A stretch of 64,000 bases of DNA from assembly GCA_951406725.2 (NCBI GenBank), contig OX597828.1:29760001-29824000 (forward strand), given 5' to 3'. Of the stretch, positions 11,479-24,169 are shown piece by piece. The DNA is from Octopus vulgaris (taxonomy: Eukaryota). The notes under the pieces are model-generated. The model was not told the DNA's origin, did not search any database, and was given only the letters and a program-made list of their open reading frames with translations. The position numbers and the translations under genes were made by a program. The first letter of the stretch is position 1. Each line of letters opens with the position of its first letter.

Positions 11479-13496
11479 ATATAGTTGTGCATATGTATAC
11501 ACACACAACTACACATACACACATGCAGACATACACAAATACACAGACAGTTGCACACACACACACATACACATACATGTGAGTCTAAGTGTTTGTGATT
11601 GTCTCCACATCGTTTGACAACCGGTGCTTGTTTCATTATATCCTCATATCGCAATGAATCGTCAACAGAAGTGATTGAATAAGTGCCACATATAAAAAGG
11701 AAATATTAGGGTTGATTTATTTGACTCAGCTCTTCAAGGAGGTGTCCTACCATGGTCGTCGTCGAATGAGCGAATCATATAAAAAGTAATAGGAAGATCA
11801 AACATTCTGCAGAATCTATGACACAAAAAGCTCTGTGTTGCGTGAAATTTTCACTGCTTATGAAACGATTCGTCAAATATTTACTACGTATTATATGAAA
11901 CGCATGAATTGAGATATATGAACAGCAATCAGGTAAGAAAATGAAACAACATTCTTACACTGAATACCTTCTTAAAACAAAAGCTTGGGCAGAAATACAT
12001 CAGAGGAAATTACAGTCGTGTGACAAATTACAAATCAGAGTCGATAGATCATCGGTCGAAGTGTCTTCTAACATGTTTAGATCATACTTTATGTTGTGAA
12101 TTCAATCTTCTCTCAGCTCCATGTACTTTTTGTATTTCTAAAGTCCATCAAATGAATACCTGTTACATACTGGAGTGGAAATTATTGACTACACGCTTGA
12201 AAACTCTGTCTTCGCATGACCAGAGTCAAATAACGAAACTAAAAGAAGAATATAATAGGAATATTATTAATTCTAATTTAAGAGATCTGAAAAAAAGATT
12301 CATTTTCAAAGGAAAAGAGATAATATTAGCTATTCTAATACTCACCAGGAATCTTTCTGTAACAAAATTGCATAATTATACTTTGAAATCTATATATCTT
12401 AATTACTTTTTCTTTCTAGAGAATACAAGTTAATCAGTTTCTTATTCTTTACGACTGAAACATACGAAGGTATATAATTCTATTAGACAGAATAATAGTT
12501 TGGAAATCAATGTGTTCAAGTATGAAATGTATCAATGAAGAACTTAATATGTCGATAATACTTAAATCAATTGTTACGGTCACAGTAGTAAAATTGCAAA
12601 TGCTTCTTGTCTCATGATCGATACTCTAATCAATAAATATTGCTGACAGGTTATTTTAACAATAACAATTGAAATATTTGATGTATATTTGAAATTCTTT
12701 GTCTGATGTCATACATATTTGATATCGTAACCATCAAGCACAAATTGGCTATCGAATGCAAAACCAATTTTCTGTCATTTCTAACTCCTACTAAAGTTCA
12801 GGTGTTTCTAGAAGCTTTTCCAAAATCCCATCCCGAAGAGAGGCCGTAAGGAAATTGGCACATTGTACACAACATCGCAGAAAAATATTCTTAAACCCTC
12901 CATTTATTGAAAGTAATCCCCGGCAATCAATTTATAATCGATGACAGCTAAGGTCGTCCTGATTAAACGGTGTGCCTCTATAGAAATAACATCAAAGTTA
13001 AACTTCAGACACAAGCAGAGCTTGTAATAACTGAAACACTAATAAAATTTTATATCTTCCGGTAAGTATTTCCTTGAAGTTAGGTTTTGATGTACACACT
13101 CACCACATACACACACACCCACACATAGACACATACATACATACATACAAACATACATACATACATAAATGCATGCATACACACAAAAACACGCATACAC
13201 ATATACATAGGCATCACGCATGCACACAAATGGACACGTATACAAGGACATACATACACGCGACGCACTAGAGAAGACACAGAACACACAATTCGATTAT
13301 ACAACCTTCACCTCAAGTAAGATCGAAAAGTATCTTTCACAATACAATATCTTCAAATATTTAAACACTATTTCATTGAATATCTCTCCCCTCTTTCTTT
13401 CCTATCTTTCTTACAGTTCCCATCTCTCTCTTTTGACTTCTTTATACAAGTGTCATATCTTTTTTTTCATCGAATTCTTTAGCAAATCATTACTCC

Positions 13497-14110
<614 letters not shown>

Positions 14111-14549
14111 TTATCTTTCATTTCTACCGCCGGCTTTAATATGATTCTCGCTTCCTTTGCCGTTATGTAGCTATTATTTTCTACTTTCACTTTCTCTTTT
14201 TCATCATGCCTCTCATCTTTATTATTTGATCTTATAGTGTCACACAAACCCTTGTTTCATCAATCGTCAACGTTGACATCATCAGTGTTATAGTCCTCCT
14301 TCTCCTCATCATCATCGACATCAGCATCAGCATAACCTCTCTCCCCGTTCCTCCTTCTCCCCCTCTTCCTCCTCATCATAATCATTATGATCACCACCAT
14401 CATTAACTGCATCGTCAACATCATCATGATCACCACTACTACCTCCATTATCATCATCATTTTCGTTGTCGTTATAGTCGTCGATGGCGTTTCTCGAATT
14501 TAAGTCTCAATGTTATTAAGTACACGTGATGACGGTTTCAGTAATGATC

Positions 14550-14552
<3 letters not shown>

Positions 14553-14606
<54 letters not shown>

Positions 14607-14617
14607 TATTATTATTG

Positions 14618-14683
<66 letters not shown>
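14553..14683. repeat. (ATT)n microsatellite
   Basis: Near-perfect att repeats. Confidence 0.95.
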
Positions 14684-14686
<3 letters not shown>

Positions 14687-15224
14687 AATAAGAAACTCAT
14701 TATTTAAACAGATGAGGTTAAGAGATAACGCCTTTCAAAAAAAGGTATTTTTTCTAAAAAAGGAAACAAAATTGTATGAAGTCGTTTTAATTAGGATTCG
14801 AAAATGTCTAGTGGAATCGATGAATCAAATGGTAGACACTTTACACACACACACACTTATATATATATATATATATAGTTAGTTAAATAGATAGACAGAT
14901 AGATAGAAGCAGTATTGAAAAATTGTGAAATTTGTAACTTTCTCGAACGTTATATGTAAAGGAAATACATGTACAAAGAGCAGAGACATGTCTGGAGGAG
15001 TTTTTACAGTTAAAGTCCATAAAACATGCCTCTTTAAAAATGTTGATGACAGAGATAATTTTTGCAACTCTTCTCTTCCTGCTTCTCATCTTTCTCCTCC
15101 TCATTGTCCTCATCTTCTTCCCTCTCTTCCTTCTCCTCTTACTTATCGCACAGCTACTACTAATTTGGAACCGACTCTGGTACATGAAGAAAAATTAAAT
15201 CTATCCTCCGAAAATGCGTGTGAG

Positions 15225-15700
15225 AGTGCGTGGCATAGCGCTTATGGTATTGGACTTGCCATCGCCATTTCATGATTTCGATTACCGGACCATACCGGAC
15301 CGGGCGGTGCATTGTGAGTAAAACGGTTCATTCCACGTTGCTTCAGCCCACTCAGTTTTTTAAAAAAAATGTGCAATGCAACGCTATCGGTTACGACGAC
15401 CAGCGTTCCAGTTGATCCGATCAACGGAGCTGCCATCTCGTGAAATTGATGTACAAGTGGCGGGGCACTCCACACAAACACACGTATCCTTTATGTAGTT
15501 CTCAAGGAGATGCAGCATGAGGCAGGATGGGACAAGGCTGGCCGTTTGAATTACAGGTAGAACCCTTTCTTGCCAGCTGAGTAAACTCAAGGAACGTGAA
15601 ATAAAGTGTCTTGCTCAAGGACACAAATCACCACTATTAATCAAACGCATGAGCTTATGATAGCAACCCCAAATAACCTAACTACTAAACCACATGTATA
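15225..15700. mobile_element. Inverted pair of SINE family C copies
   Basis: Plus-strand head at 15225-15356 and minus-strand copy at about 15380-15700 (aaagtgtcttgctcaaggacac). Homologous to 26385-26720 and 53620-53925. Confidence 0.7.
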
Positions 15701-18700
15701 GTAAGCCTGCAAATAAACGCCATCCCTTCCAGGGGGAGTGTGTTCTAATTTCGGTTGCATATACTCCGTGGACACCGAGCAACTAGCCATGCGTGTCCTA
15801 GGACTCGAAGCAGAGATGTAAATACTCAGGGGGTCTAATTTGAATTGTTTGAAAATCAGTGTCGACTTCGTCACGGAAATCTGAAATCTGAAAGGGAACG
15901 ACTGGGGAGAGACCAAAATACGACTGTAAAACGTTTAGTGCTGTGTTTAATGTTTCTGTTCGTTTTGTGCGCCTTGTAGAACTTTAAGTAATTATGCCTT
16001 TGTGTTGATGGTGTCTTTGTTAAATGAAATAGTAAAATAGTCGATTCCGATCGATTTAATTACCCTCTTGCCATTTAGCTGTTACACTTTTACGTTGACT
16101 ACTTCTGCAAAATTTTTGCGTAGTATTATCAGAGAGGAAAAAATATAAAAAAAAACAAAACCAAAAAAAAAAAAAACGCTGCTGTTGTCGAGTTCCAGGG
16201 CAGACCTGTTGTTAGTTCTAACTCAAATTACTCTTTTCCAGTCATTCTAATTAAACAATATATTTCTATGACAACAGTTTCCTAAGTCTCATTCTTCTTT
16301 ATCTTTAATAAGGTGGTAGGGAGTGATTTCAAAGCAGTCAATTATCAGGAATGTTAGAATCCCTCTAAGGTCAAACTTTCTATTCATCGGTCAGGAGTTG
16401 ATAAAATAAAATACCAATGTTAGTACTTCATTTCTTTTTCTATTTATTTCTCTCTCCCCACTCTCCCTCTCTTGCTCTCTCTCTTTCTCGAAGAAATCGG
16501 CTAATGTAAACAGGAGACAGATGGACTCACCTAAATCTAAAAGTAACCAAGTCACATCATATAACTTTGACTTCATCAAGGGATCGATTTTCGACATAAG
16601 GCAAAGCAGGCAACACTCTGGTTTGAAGATTTGAAGGTTTGACTGCTATTTCTTGCAGATGGAGCAATCACATACTGGTTCCCTACTTGATACAATCTAA
16701 TTGAATATTTCTTTGTTGGTTCACTGTTTGAACGTACTAGTATGATGTTTAGTAGTTTCATTCTGTCCAACAAATATTTGGAACACTGCCATCTTAATTC
16801 CCAGTATGACATAAATTGTCTAATATAATCAGTCTAATGTAATAATAGTCTAATATAAATTGTCGAATATAATTTGTGGAAAGTAAAGTCTACTGCAAGG
16901 TTTTTTTTTTCAAACACACATGAAGCATAGAATAGATGAAACAGACGAGTGAACGACTAATTGCCGTGTAGTATTTACTTTTGACCTTCTTTGTTTTGGT
17001 TATTTTTTTGTTATTGTTATTTTTTTTAGCTATATATCTGCCCTGATCAAAGAATGTTATGCCCAGTGATGTATTTTTTTTTCACACATAGTTGGCTTTA
17101 AAACTATATAATCGAATGCGTCATTCGATTATTCATAAAAAACACCCAAACAAAAAAAGTGTGACTTGAGAAATATCTGGCTGCTATTTCTGGTAGATAG
17201 AGTGACTACATATATGCTCTTTCACTGCAACAATTTTTGTGGCTTAGCCCGGCCATTATTGATCAAGGTATCCTATAATCGAAGGTGTTCTCCAGCCCAA
17301 CCCCTCTGTCATTTCCCTTCATTCATAAATTTTATATATAACTATATTATCGAAAGTATCATTATTTATTTATTTATTTATAAGCAAATCAGTGTTTGGT
17401 CTAAGTTAGATCAAGCTGCCATTTCTAACTGGTCGAGTGATCACATACACACTTCTATTTTTTTTTTGCTTTATTTTAATTGTTGTTGTTGCTTGTTTCC
17501 AGAGCAACCACTCCTGTTCTAGGGAATATGATGAAAGGCATTCAAACTATAAGTGTTACAATTTCCTTTGATACATTGTGTACCTAGGACTACATTATCC
17601 AATGTGTCCCTCATCACATCGGTTTATAATGTCTAGCCATGACAAGCTTCCGTCATTTTACTAGTCATAATGTATTACGATACCATCAGCACTTCGTGCT
17701 TATGCATAATCGCCATCCATGCGAAGTTATGAATTTCGTTTCTCTTATATCGATATCATAACCACGATAGTTATTACGCAGGCAGAGCAATGGCATAAGC
17801 CAGTTTTCCTCTACTAGTAACTTGTCTCCTTCTAAACGTTGGTCACTAATGAATCATAAAAGAGAGGTAGGCGAGCAGGATTGGTAGAACAAAATACCTC
17901 ACAAGATTTACTTACTTTTCATAATCTAAATTCCGATGGAATCGTATTTACCATTTTATGTTTTGTGTATAAAATTATACGTTGATCAGTTCAGTGTGGT
18001 AGATGTTATTGCAGTTATCTACCTCGCATGATACTCTACAAATTTAAACAGTTGTCCAGGTAGAATTTGTTTACTAATTGAATGAGTAAAACACATCTGA
18101 TCGAAATTTTCGAACTTATTAAACTACAAATATAACTCTCCCTTTAATCTAGACTATTATAGTTCTTCTTTACTATTCGATCAAGGCAAATTTTCCTTGA
18201 GGATGGATATAGTCAATATAATTAATTATTGGATTTAGCTGATTTTAATCAATTTCGTCGAGTAATTTCGACCCCAAAAGTCATATTGTACCATAAAAAT
18301 AGAAGAAAATATTTGATGTATCAGACGTGTCTTAATAGGCATTAGTCCTCATTTTGTAATTATGTGAGGGAAAAAAATGAATGAAATATTGATATCAATT
18401 GTCTTTCAAAAAGGGAGATCGATGAGAACTACATAGAGTAAACCGTTTAGTTCGCGCACAAACTATTCTGACATTAGGTATTTGTCCATATGATAAAAAA
18501 AAATGTACTTCATAGTCATGTGACTCAGGGTTCGATCCGATGTGCAAATCATTGAAGAGATATCTTCGGTTTGACCAATGACATGCAAGCGAAATTTAGG
18601 AAACGGAAAAATCAGTTGTGTATACAAATATACGAATTCGTATATATAAATACGTATATATATAAATACGCACATAGAAACGGGCATATATATACATAAG

Positions 18701-18719
18701 GAGAGAAAAAAAAAAATAT

Positions 18720-18889
18720 ATATATTTCTCTCCTTGTTTCTCTCCTTGTTTTTTTCTGTGTATCTTTCTGTCGAAGAGCGTAGGCTCGAAACGTAAAATA
18801 CTTGTCCTATTCCTGAGCGCTATACTAATATATTTGTTTGGTTGTATTCTACCTGCCTTCCTCTTTTGTTTATTTTCGTAAACTTTCCC

Positions 18890-18892
<3 letters not shown>
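18720..18892 (+). mobile_element. Penelope-like pLTR remnant with minimal hammerhead-like motif (18763-18800)
   Basis: ucuuu-CUGUCGA-A-GAGC-guag-GCUC-GAAAC-GUA-aaaua. The 3' end abuts (TA)n. Homologous to 9862-10070. Confidence 0.65.
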
Positions 18893-18919
<27 letters not shown>

Positions 18920-18924
<5 letters not shown>

Positions 18925-19120
18925 TATAAACAGCAGATTGCAGTGTTTCACCAAGAAGAAAAATTACAAATGTCACTAAATGTGACTAGGGTTTCGGAAA
19001 CACCTACACTGCTAGAAATAAGAACAAAACACCTCTAGTTCTGTAGTTAACGCACATGAATGAAAACCTATACACTAACAGGGACCATAATCGTCTTAAA
19101 TCGCTAATTTTTATTACTGA
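18920..19120 (-). mobile_element. Probable PLE pLTR fragment between (TA)n tracts
   Basis: The minus strand carries a hammerhead 3' half, GAAAC-ccua-GUC (18994-19005). No 5' core is recognisable. Confidence 0.3.
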
Positions 19121-19121
19121 C

Positions 19122-19179
<58 letters not shown>

Positions 19180-21275
19180 TTATGTCCAATAGGACTGGAG
19201 ACGAGAAATCGTAAAAATTTAAAAACAGAACGAAAGGTGTGAAAAATGAACAGTGAAAAAAAACAAAACAGTAGACCATGTTGAAAGTATATAAGTAAGC
19301 GAGAGAAACGTGACAGAACTAGACAGCGGTCAGGCGAGAAAGGAAATAGAAGAGAGATACGGGAATAGTCACAGGTCACGTGGTAGGAGAGAAAGATTGG
19401 TTGAGGGCAGAGAGACAGAAAAATACTGAGGGGTAAGTTGGTGAGATAGGCAAGAGGAGCAAAAGAGAGAAAAAGCGACAGAAAAATATAAGCCACACAA
19501 TTTTTTTTTCAACCCAAGATGAGCGGTTTGGAGCGTTGTTGGTGTCAGCCCCCCACTCCAACTGCGTCACAACCGGTGTTGGTTTGTTTACATCCCTGTA
19601 ACAATAGCGGTTCGGCAAGAGAAGCCGATGGAAAAAAAAGTACCAGACTTAAAAGTATATAAGTGATGTGGTCAATTTGTTCGATTAACTGTCTTCAATG
19701 TGGTGCCACGTGAGGAGCGCAGTTCAATTACCGAATCAGGTAAAAGATAAATAAAACGAATCTATGCTTAGGTTCATGCAGGATATTTGTCCAGTAAGAG
19801 GAAATCGTTGTTGCCAAAGAGATGAATAAGCGAACGATATCATATCTCCGGTGACGCAATTCCGTTTCCACTTCTATATGATGTTACTGTTTGACAGGAA
19901 GCAATGAGCACAACAACTATTCATAATCACAAGCTTTATACAAGCCACGAGTAATCGATATTGTAAAACAGAAACTCACACACACACACACACACATACA
20001 CACGCACACACACACACACACACACACAACATTTATATGCCCAACCCACATTCCCTTATATGTGTGCGCATATGTGTGAGTACGTGTGCGTGTGAATGTC
20101 ATACAGGCGTAGCTAGGAGTAAATTTCTTGTCATATTTAGTCTGCAAGTAACCATCTAACGAGCTGTAACTCAATAGGCGATCTAAGTCATTCAATAAAT
20201 AGAAATCAATAAAATGATTACCATAGGAAGAACTGGAAAAGAATACATACACACACCGACACACACACTCTCATACACATATATGCAGACATACATACGT
20301 TCAAATATATATATATATAAAATACACGTAGATATACATAAGTGTATTATTTATATAGTATATAATTTTGTGTGTTCTCATTTGCATAAAATTCACACAC
20401 ACGCAAAAAAAATACATAAGTCTCAATGTGTTTGAGCTTGACTATCTGTGTGTGTGTGTGTCTTATTTGTTATTGTGCTGCTTTTTTTTTTAACGGACAA
20501 ACATTTAAGTAATTCGTGAATGAATTCCAAGTGATACGTGATTTCATAAAAGAAATCTTCTTGTAAACAAGTTTTTTCCATGAGTTATAAAATGATATTT
20601 ATGGTAGGCCCAACACGAAATCAGTTAACATAACTTAATGGCATCCGTTTAAATAGACACGCATAAACGGAGGCAGAATTTACAATTAAGTTTTAATTAT
20701 ATATTTGTAAATAGAAGCAACAGAATTGATGTTTAATGGTTAGTTTCTAAGTGCAAAACCAAAATAAAGAAGGAAATAAAATTTCTACATTGGAATATTA
20801 AATTTGGTTTGTTTTCTAATTCTATGAATTGGTAATGATATGAAAAATAATCACATATATTTGAAAAATCTAATCAATATGTTTTTGTTTCTAAATTGAA
20901 TTTCCACTGCTACACAGCAATACGCTGCTCTGTCTTTACTTTTCATCCTTCTGACTTCTGCGTTCAAATCCTTTTGGTGACTTCATTCGTTTCTTCAGTG
21001 CCTGTATCAATTCAATCTGCTACATGTACAGCTTCACCTCAAATGTCTAGTCATATTTAGCCTGCAAGTAACCATCTAACGAGCTCCTCAAAAGTCATAT
21101 CTGAAACGGACTGTGTTTATGGTTTTTCTTGCAGAAAGGCTTTAACACGAGGCTTGTAGGAATTGCAGATATTTTCCCCGCCATGGACTTCACACAGACG
21201 TCGATTCATCATGTTTTAAACTTTCACACATACATACACAAAAGCTGTCATCCATTTACATCGTAACTCACATCC

Positions 21276-21509
21276 CATTTCTTTATTACCCACAAGGGGC
21301 TAAACATAGAGGGGGCAAACAAGGACAGACATGGGTATTAAGTCGATTACATCGACCCCAGTGCGTAACTGGTACTTAATTTATCGACCCCGAAAGGATG
21401 AAAGGCAAAGTCGACCTCGGCGGAATTTGAATTCACAACGTAACGGCAGACGAATACTGCTAAGCATTTCGCCCAGCGTGCTAACGTTTCTGCCAGCTCG
21501 CCGCCGTCG
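21276..21509 (-). mobile_element. SINE family B with 15-bp TSD
   Basis: TSD tcgtaactcacatcc at 21261-21275 and 21510-21524. Confidence 0.92.
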
Positions 21510-22197
21510 TCGTAACTCACATCCGCTGTCACACAAATGCAAAGAAAAGTGCGCAAAGACTCATACACACATACTCACACACATAGATACATACACACGC
21601 ACAAACGCAAGCACACATAAACACATACATACACTAACACGCACACGCATATATACTGAATCTTCAGATTCTAATATTAAAGCAGTATATTTTAGCTTGA
21701 AAATAAATTTGAAATTTTAAGTAAGTTTTAAACCAACATTTAAAATAATTTCTAAAATTAATATTTAAATTTAAAATGAAAAATTAGCAATTAAAATGAA
21801 ATTAAAAAAAACATGTTTTATGGTTAGATTATGGGAGTTGAGTAGGTTTTAATGTAAAAAATTACACATTGTGCAGAAGAATTTCACGTTTTACGGCGCT
21901 TCATCTGGTCGCCTGATTCTACTTCAAACTGTAATAACACTGGCGTGGGTTGAACAACCACTTGTCTCTGTGTTCTCTCTGTTTGCCTTCACGACAACGA
22001 TCTGCAGCGTATCTTTAATCTATCTGTTCACCGATGCCAAGTCATACGTTTATGTTTGTATGAAACAAATAATCTTAAGTATTTATTTGGCTATTTAAGG
22101 TTTTTATGACGCTATTTAAAGATAGAATTTTGGCAGCGACACGAGTCATTTTTAATCAAATGTTATTAGATATAAATGTTTCTGTGTGTATGTGTAT

Positions 22198-22393
22198 ACC
22201 AGAGTAAGCACATAAAATGCGAATCAAGGTCGAAAAATTAGTACTCGAATACCAGAGTTAGAGTAATATACTTTATTAAAAATCAGCAAACATATCACAA
22301 AAACTGTTACTCAGAGTTTCGCGTTTCCCCGATGATCGGGAACGTGAAACATTGAATAAAATATTTGTAATAATTTTGCTGTTTTTTAATAAA

Positions 22394-22400
<7 letters not shown>
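22198..22400. mobile_element. Fold-back PLE pLTR remnant with hammerhead-like motifs
   Basis: Arms at about 22268-22330 and 22338-22400 are imperfect inverted copies. Plus strand has CCGAUGA-ucgggaacgu-GAAAC at 22329-22350 and minus strand has GAAAC-ucuga-GUA. Flanked by (TG)/(TA) tracts. Confidence 0.6.
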
Positions 22401-22440
<40 letters not shown>

Positions 22441-22444
22441 CACA

Positions 22445-22830
22445 TCTTTTATTTTTTACTTGTTTCAGTTATAGGGCTGCGGCCATGCTTGGGCATTAGC
22501 TTTAAGGCTTTGGTTGAATCAACCAATCTTAGTACTCATTCGTAAGTTTGATACTTATTCTATCAGTCACTTTTAGCGAACGTTCAAATTACGGGGATGG
22601 AAACAACGCAACATCGGTTGTCAAGTGGTGGTGAGTGATTCACACGCGCGCATACACACACACACACACACACACACACCTTTCGACTACGAAATTCACT
22701 CACAAGGCATTGGTCGACCCGGGGGTCATAGTAGAAGATACTTGTCAATGGTTCTACGTTGTGGTACTGAACCCGAAACCACGTTGTTGCAAAGCGAGTT
22801 CCTTAACCAGAAGGCATTATATATGTAAAT
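22445..22830 (-). mobile_element. SINE family A (older copy)
   Basis: Degenerate reverse complement of the family A tail, internal (CA)n and head. Confidence 0.8.
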
Positions 22831-23013
22831 TCCGTCGCAGACAGACGCCAAATTTACCTATTTCTTCGTGGATTGAAAATAAACAAAGTATAAAGAGTAA
22901 ACGCGAAACAGCCTTGACATTCGTATTTAATTAGTGTCTTGTCACAGGTGATTACCTCAGCCACGTCGTTTGCCCATTCCCAAAGAAAGAATTAACTAAT
23001 CCGTATATATATA

Positions 23014-23164
23014 GACGCAGGCGTAACTGTGTGGTGAGAAGCTTGCTTCCCAATCACATGGTTCCGAGTTCAGTTCCGCTGTGTGGCACCTTGGGCAAGT
23101 ATCTTTTGCTATAGCCTAGAGCCGACCAAAGCCTTATGAGACGGAAACTGAAAGAAGCCCGTCG

Positions 23165-23227
<63 letters not shown>

Positions 23228-23421
23228 GTTCCTGTGCCTATATTTGTCCCCCACCATCGCTTGGCAACCGATGTTGGTGTGCATATGTCCCTGTAACTTA
23301 CCGGTTCGGTAAAAGAGACCGATAGAATAAGCCCTGTGGTCGACTTTTTCGACTAAAAGCGGTGCTCCAGCATGGCAGTAGTCAAATGATTGAAAGGAGT
23401 AAATGAAAAGACTAAAAGAAT
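23014..23421 (+). mobile_element. SINE family A
   Basis: Head gacgcaggcgtaactgtgtgg, accttgggcaagt, internal (TA)n and tail. Confidence 0.88.
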
Positions 23422-23510
23422 ACGTATCAAATCCTGTTGTTTTCTGGAGCCAACTAGATTTCAATTGATTACTGATGTGTGGTAATTTGGGCAAGTGGTT
23501 TCTACTGTAG

Positions 23511-23731
23511 GCGAGCTGGCAGAAACGTTAGCACGCCGGGCGAAATGCTTAGCGGTATTTCGTCTGCGTTACGTTGTGAGTTCAAATTCCGCCGAGGTCG
23601 ACTTTGCCTTTCATCCTTTCGGGGTCGATAAATACCAGTTACGCACTGAGGTCGATGTAATCGACTTAATACCTATGTCTGTCCTTGTTTGTCCCCTCTG
23701 TGTTTAGCCCCTTGTGGGTAATAAAGAAATA
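23511..23731 (+). mobile_element. SINE family B nested in an old SINE A, with 14-16-bp TSD
   Basis: TSD ggtttctactgtag(gc) at 23497-23512 and 23732-23747. The host SINE A spans about 23470-24050. Confidence 0.9.
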
Positions 23732-24049
23732 GGTTTCTACTGTAGGCTTGGCCCCGACAAATGACTTGTGAATGAATTCAGTAAACGAAGATTTAGGGGA
23801 AGCCCGTCTTGTAAATATGCGTGTGTTTGTGTGTCTATGTACGTTTGGACTCGTTTTTGTTGTCTCCCGACTGCTTAACAACCGGTAATGGCTTGATTTA
23901 TATCCCTGTAATATTGCGGTTCGGCACAAGTCATCTATAGAGTTTAAAAAAAAGAAAGAAAGAAAGAAGACAAGGGCCGGGGTCAAATTTTTCATCTAAA
24001 CTTTTTAGGGCGATGCCTGACAATAGGTGCAGTCCAGTGAATTAAGTGG

Positions 24050-24050
<1 letters not shown>

Positions 24051-24102
<52 letters not shown>

Positions 24103-24103
24103 G

Positions 24104-24169
<66 letters not shown>
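24051..24169. repeat. (CTAT)n microsatellite
   Basis: Direct reading of the sequence. Confidence 0.95.

Noticed and set aside
11812-11938. Possible exon ending at CAG|GTAAGA
   Set aside because: The acceptor lacks a pyrimidine tract and the longest frame hits a stop before the donor.
12020-12433. 137-aa ORF in non-repeat DNA
   Set aside because: Non-ATG start, AT-rich composition, and no recognisable motif or splice context.
16810-16878. Short tandem repeat of about 14-15 bp (gtctaatataa)
   Set aside because: A degenerate minisatellite without unique spacers. It is not CRISPR-like and has no evident function.
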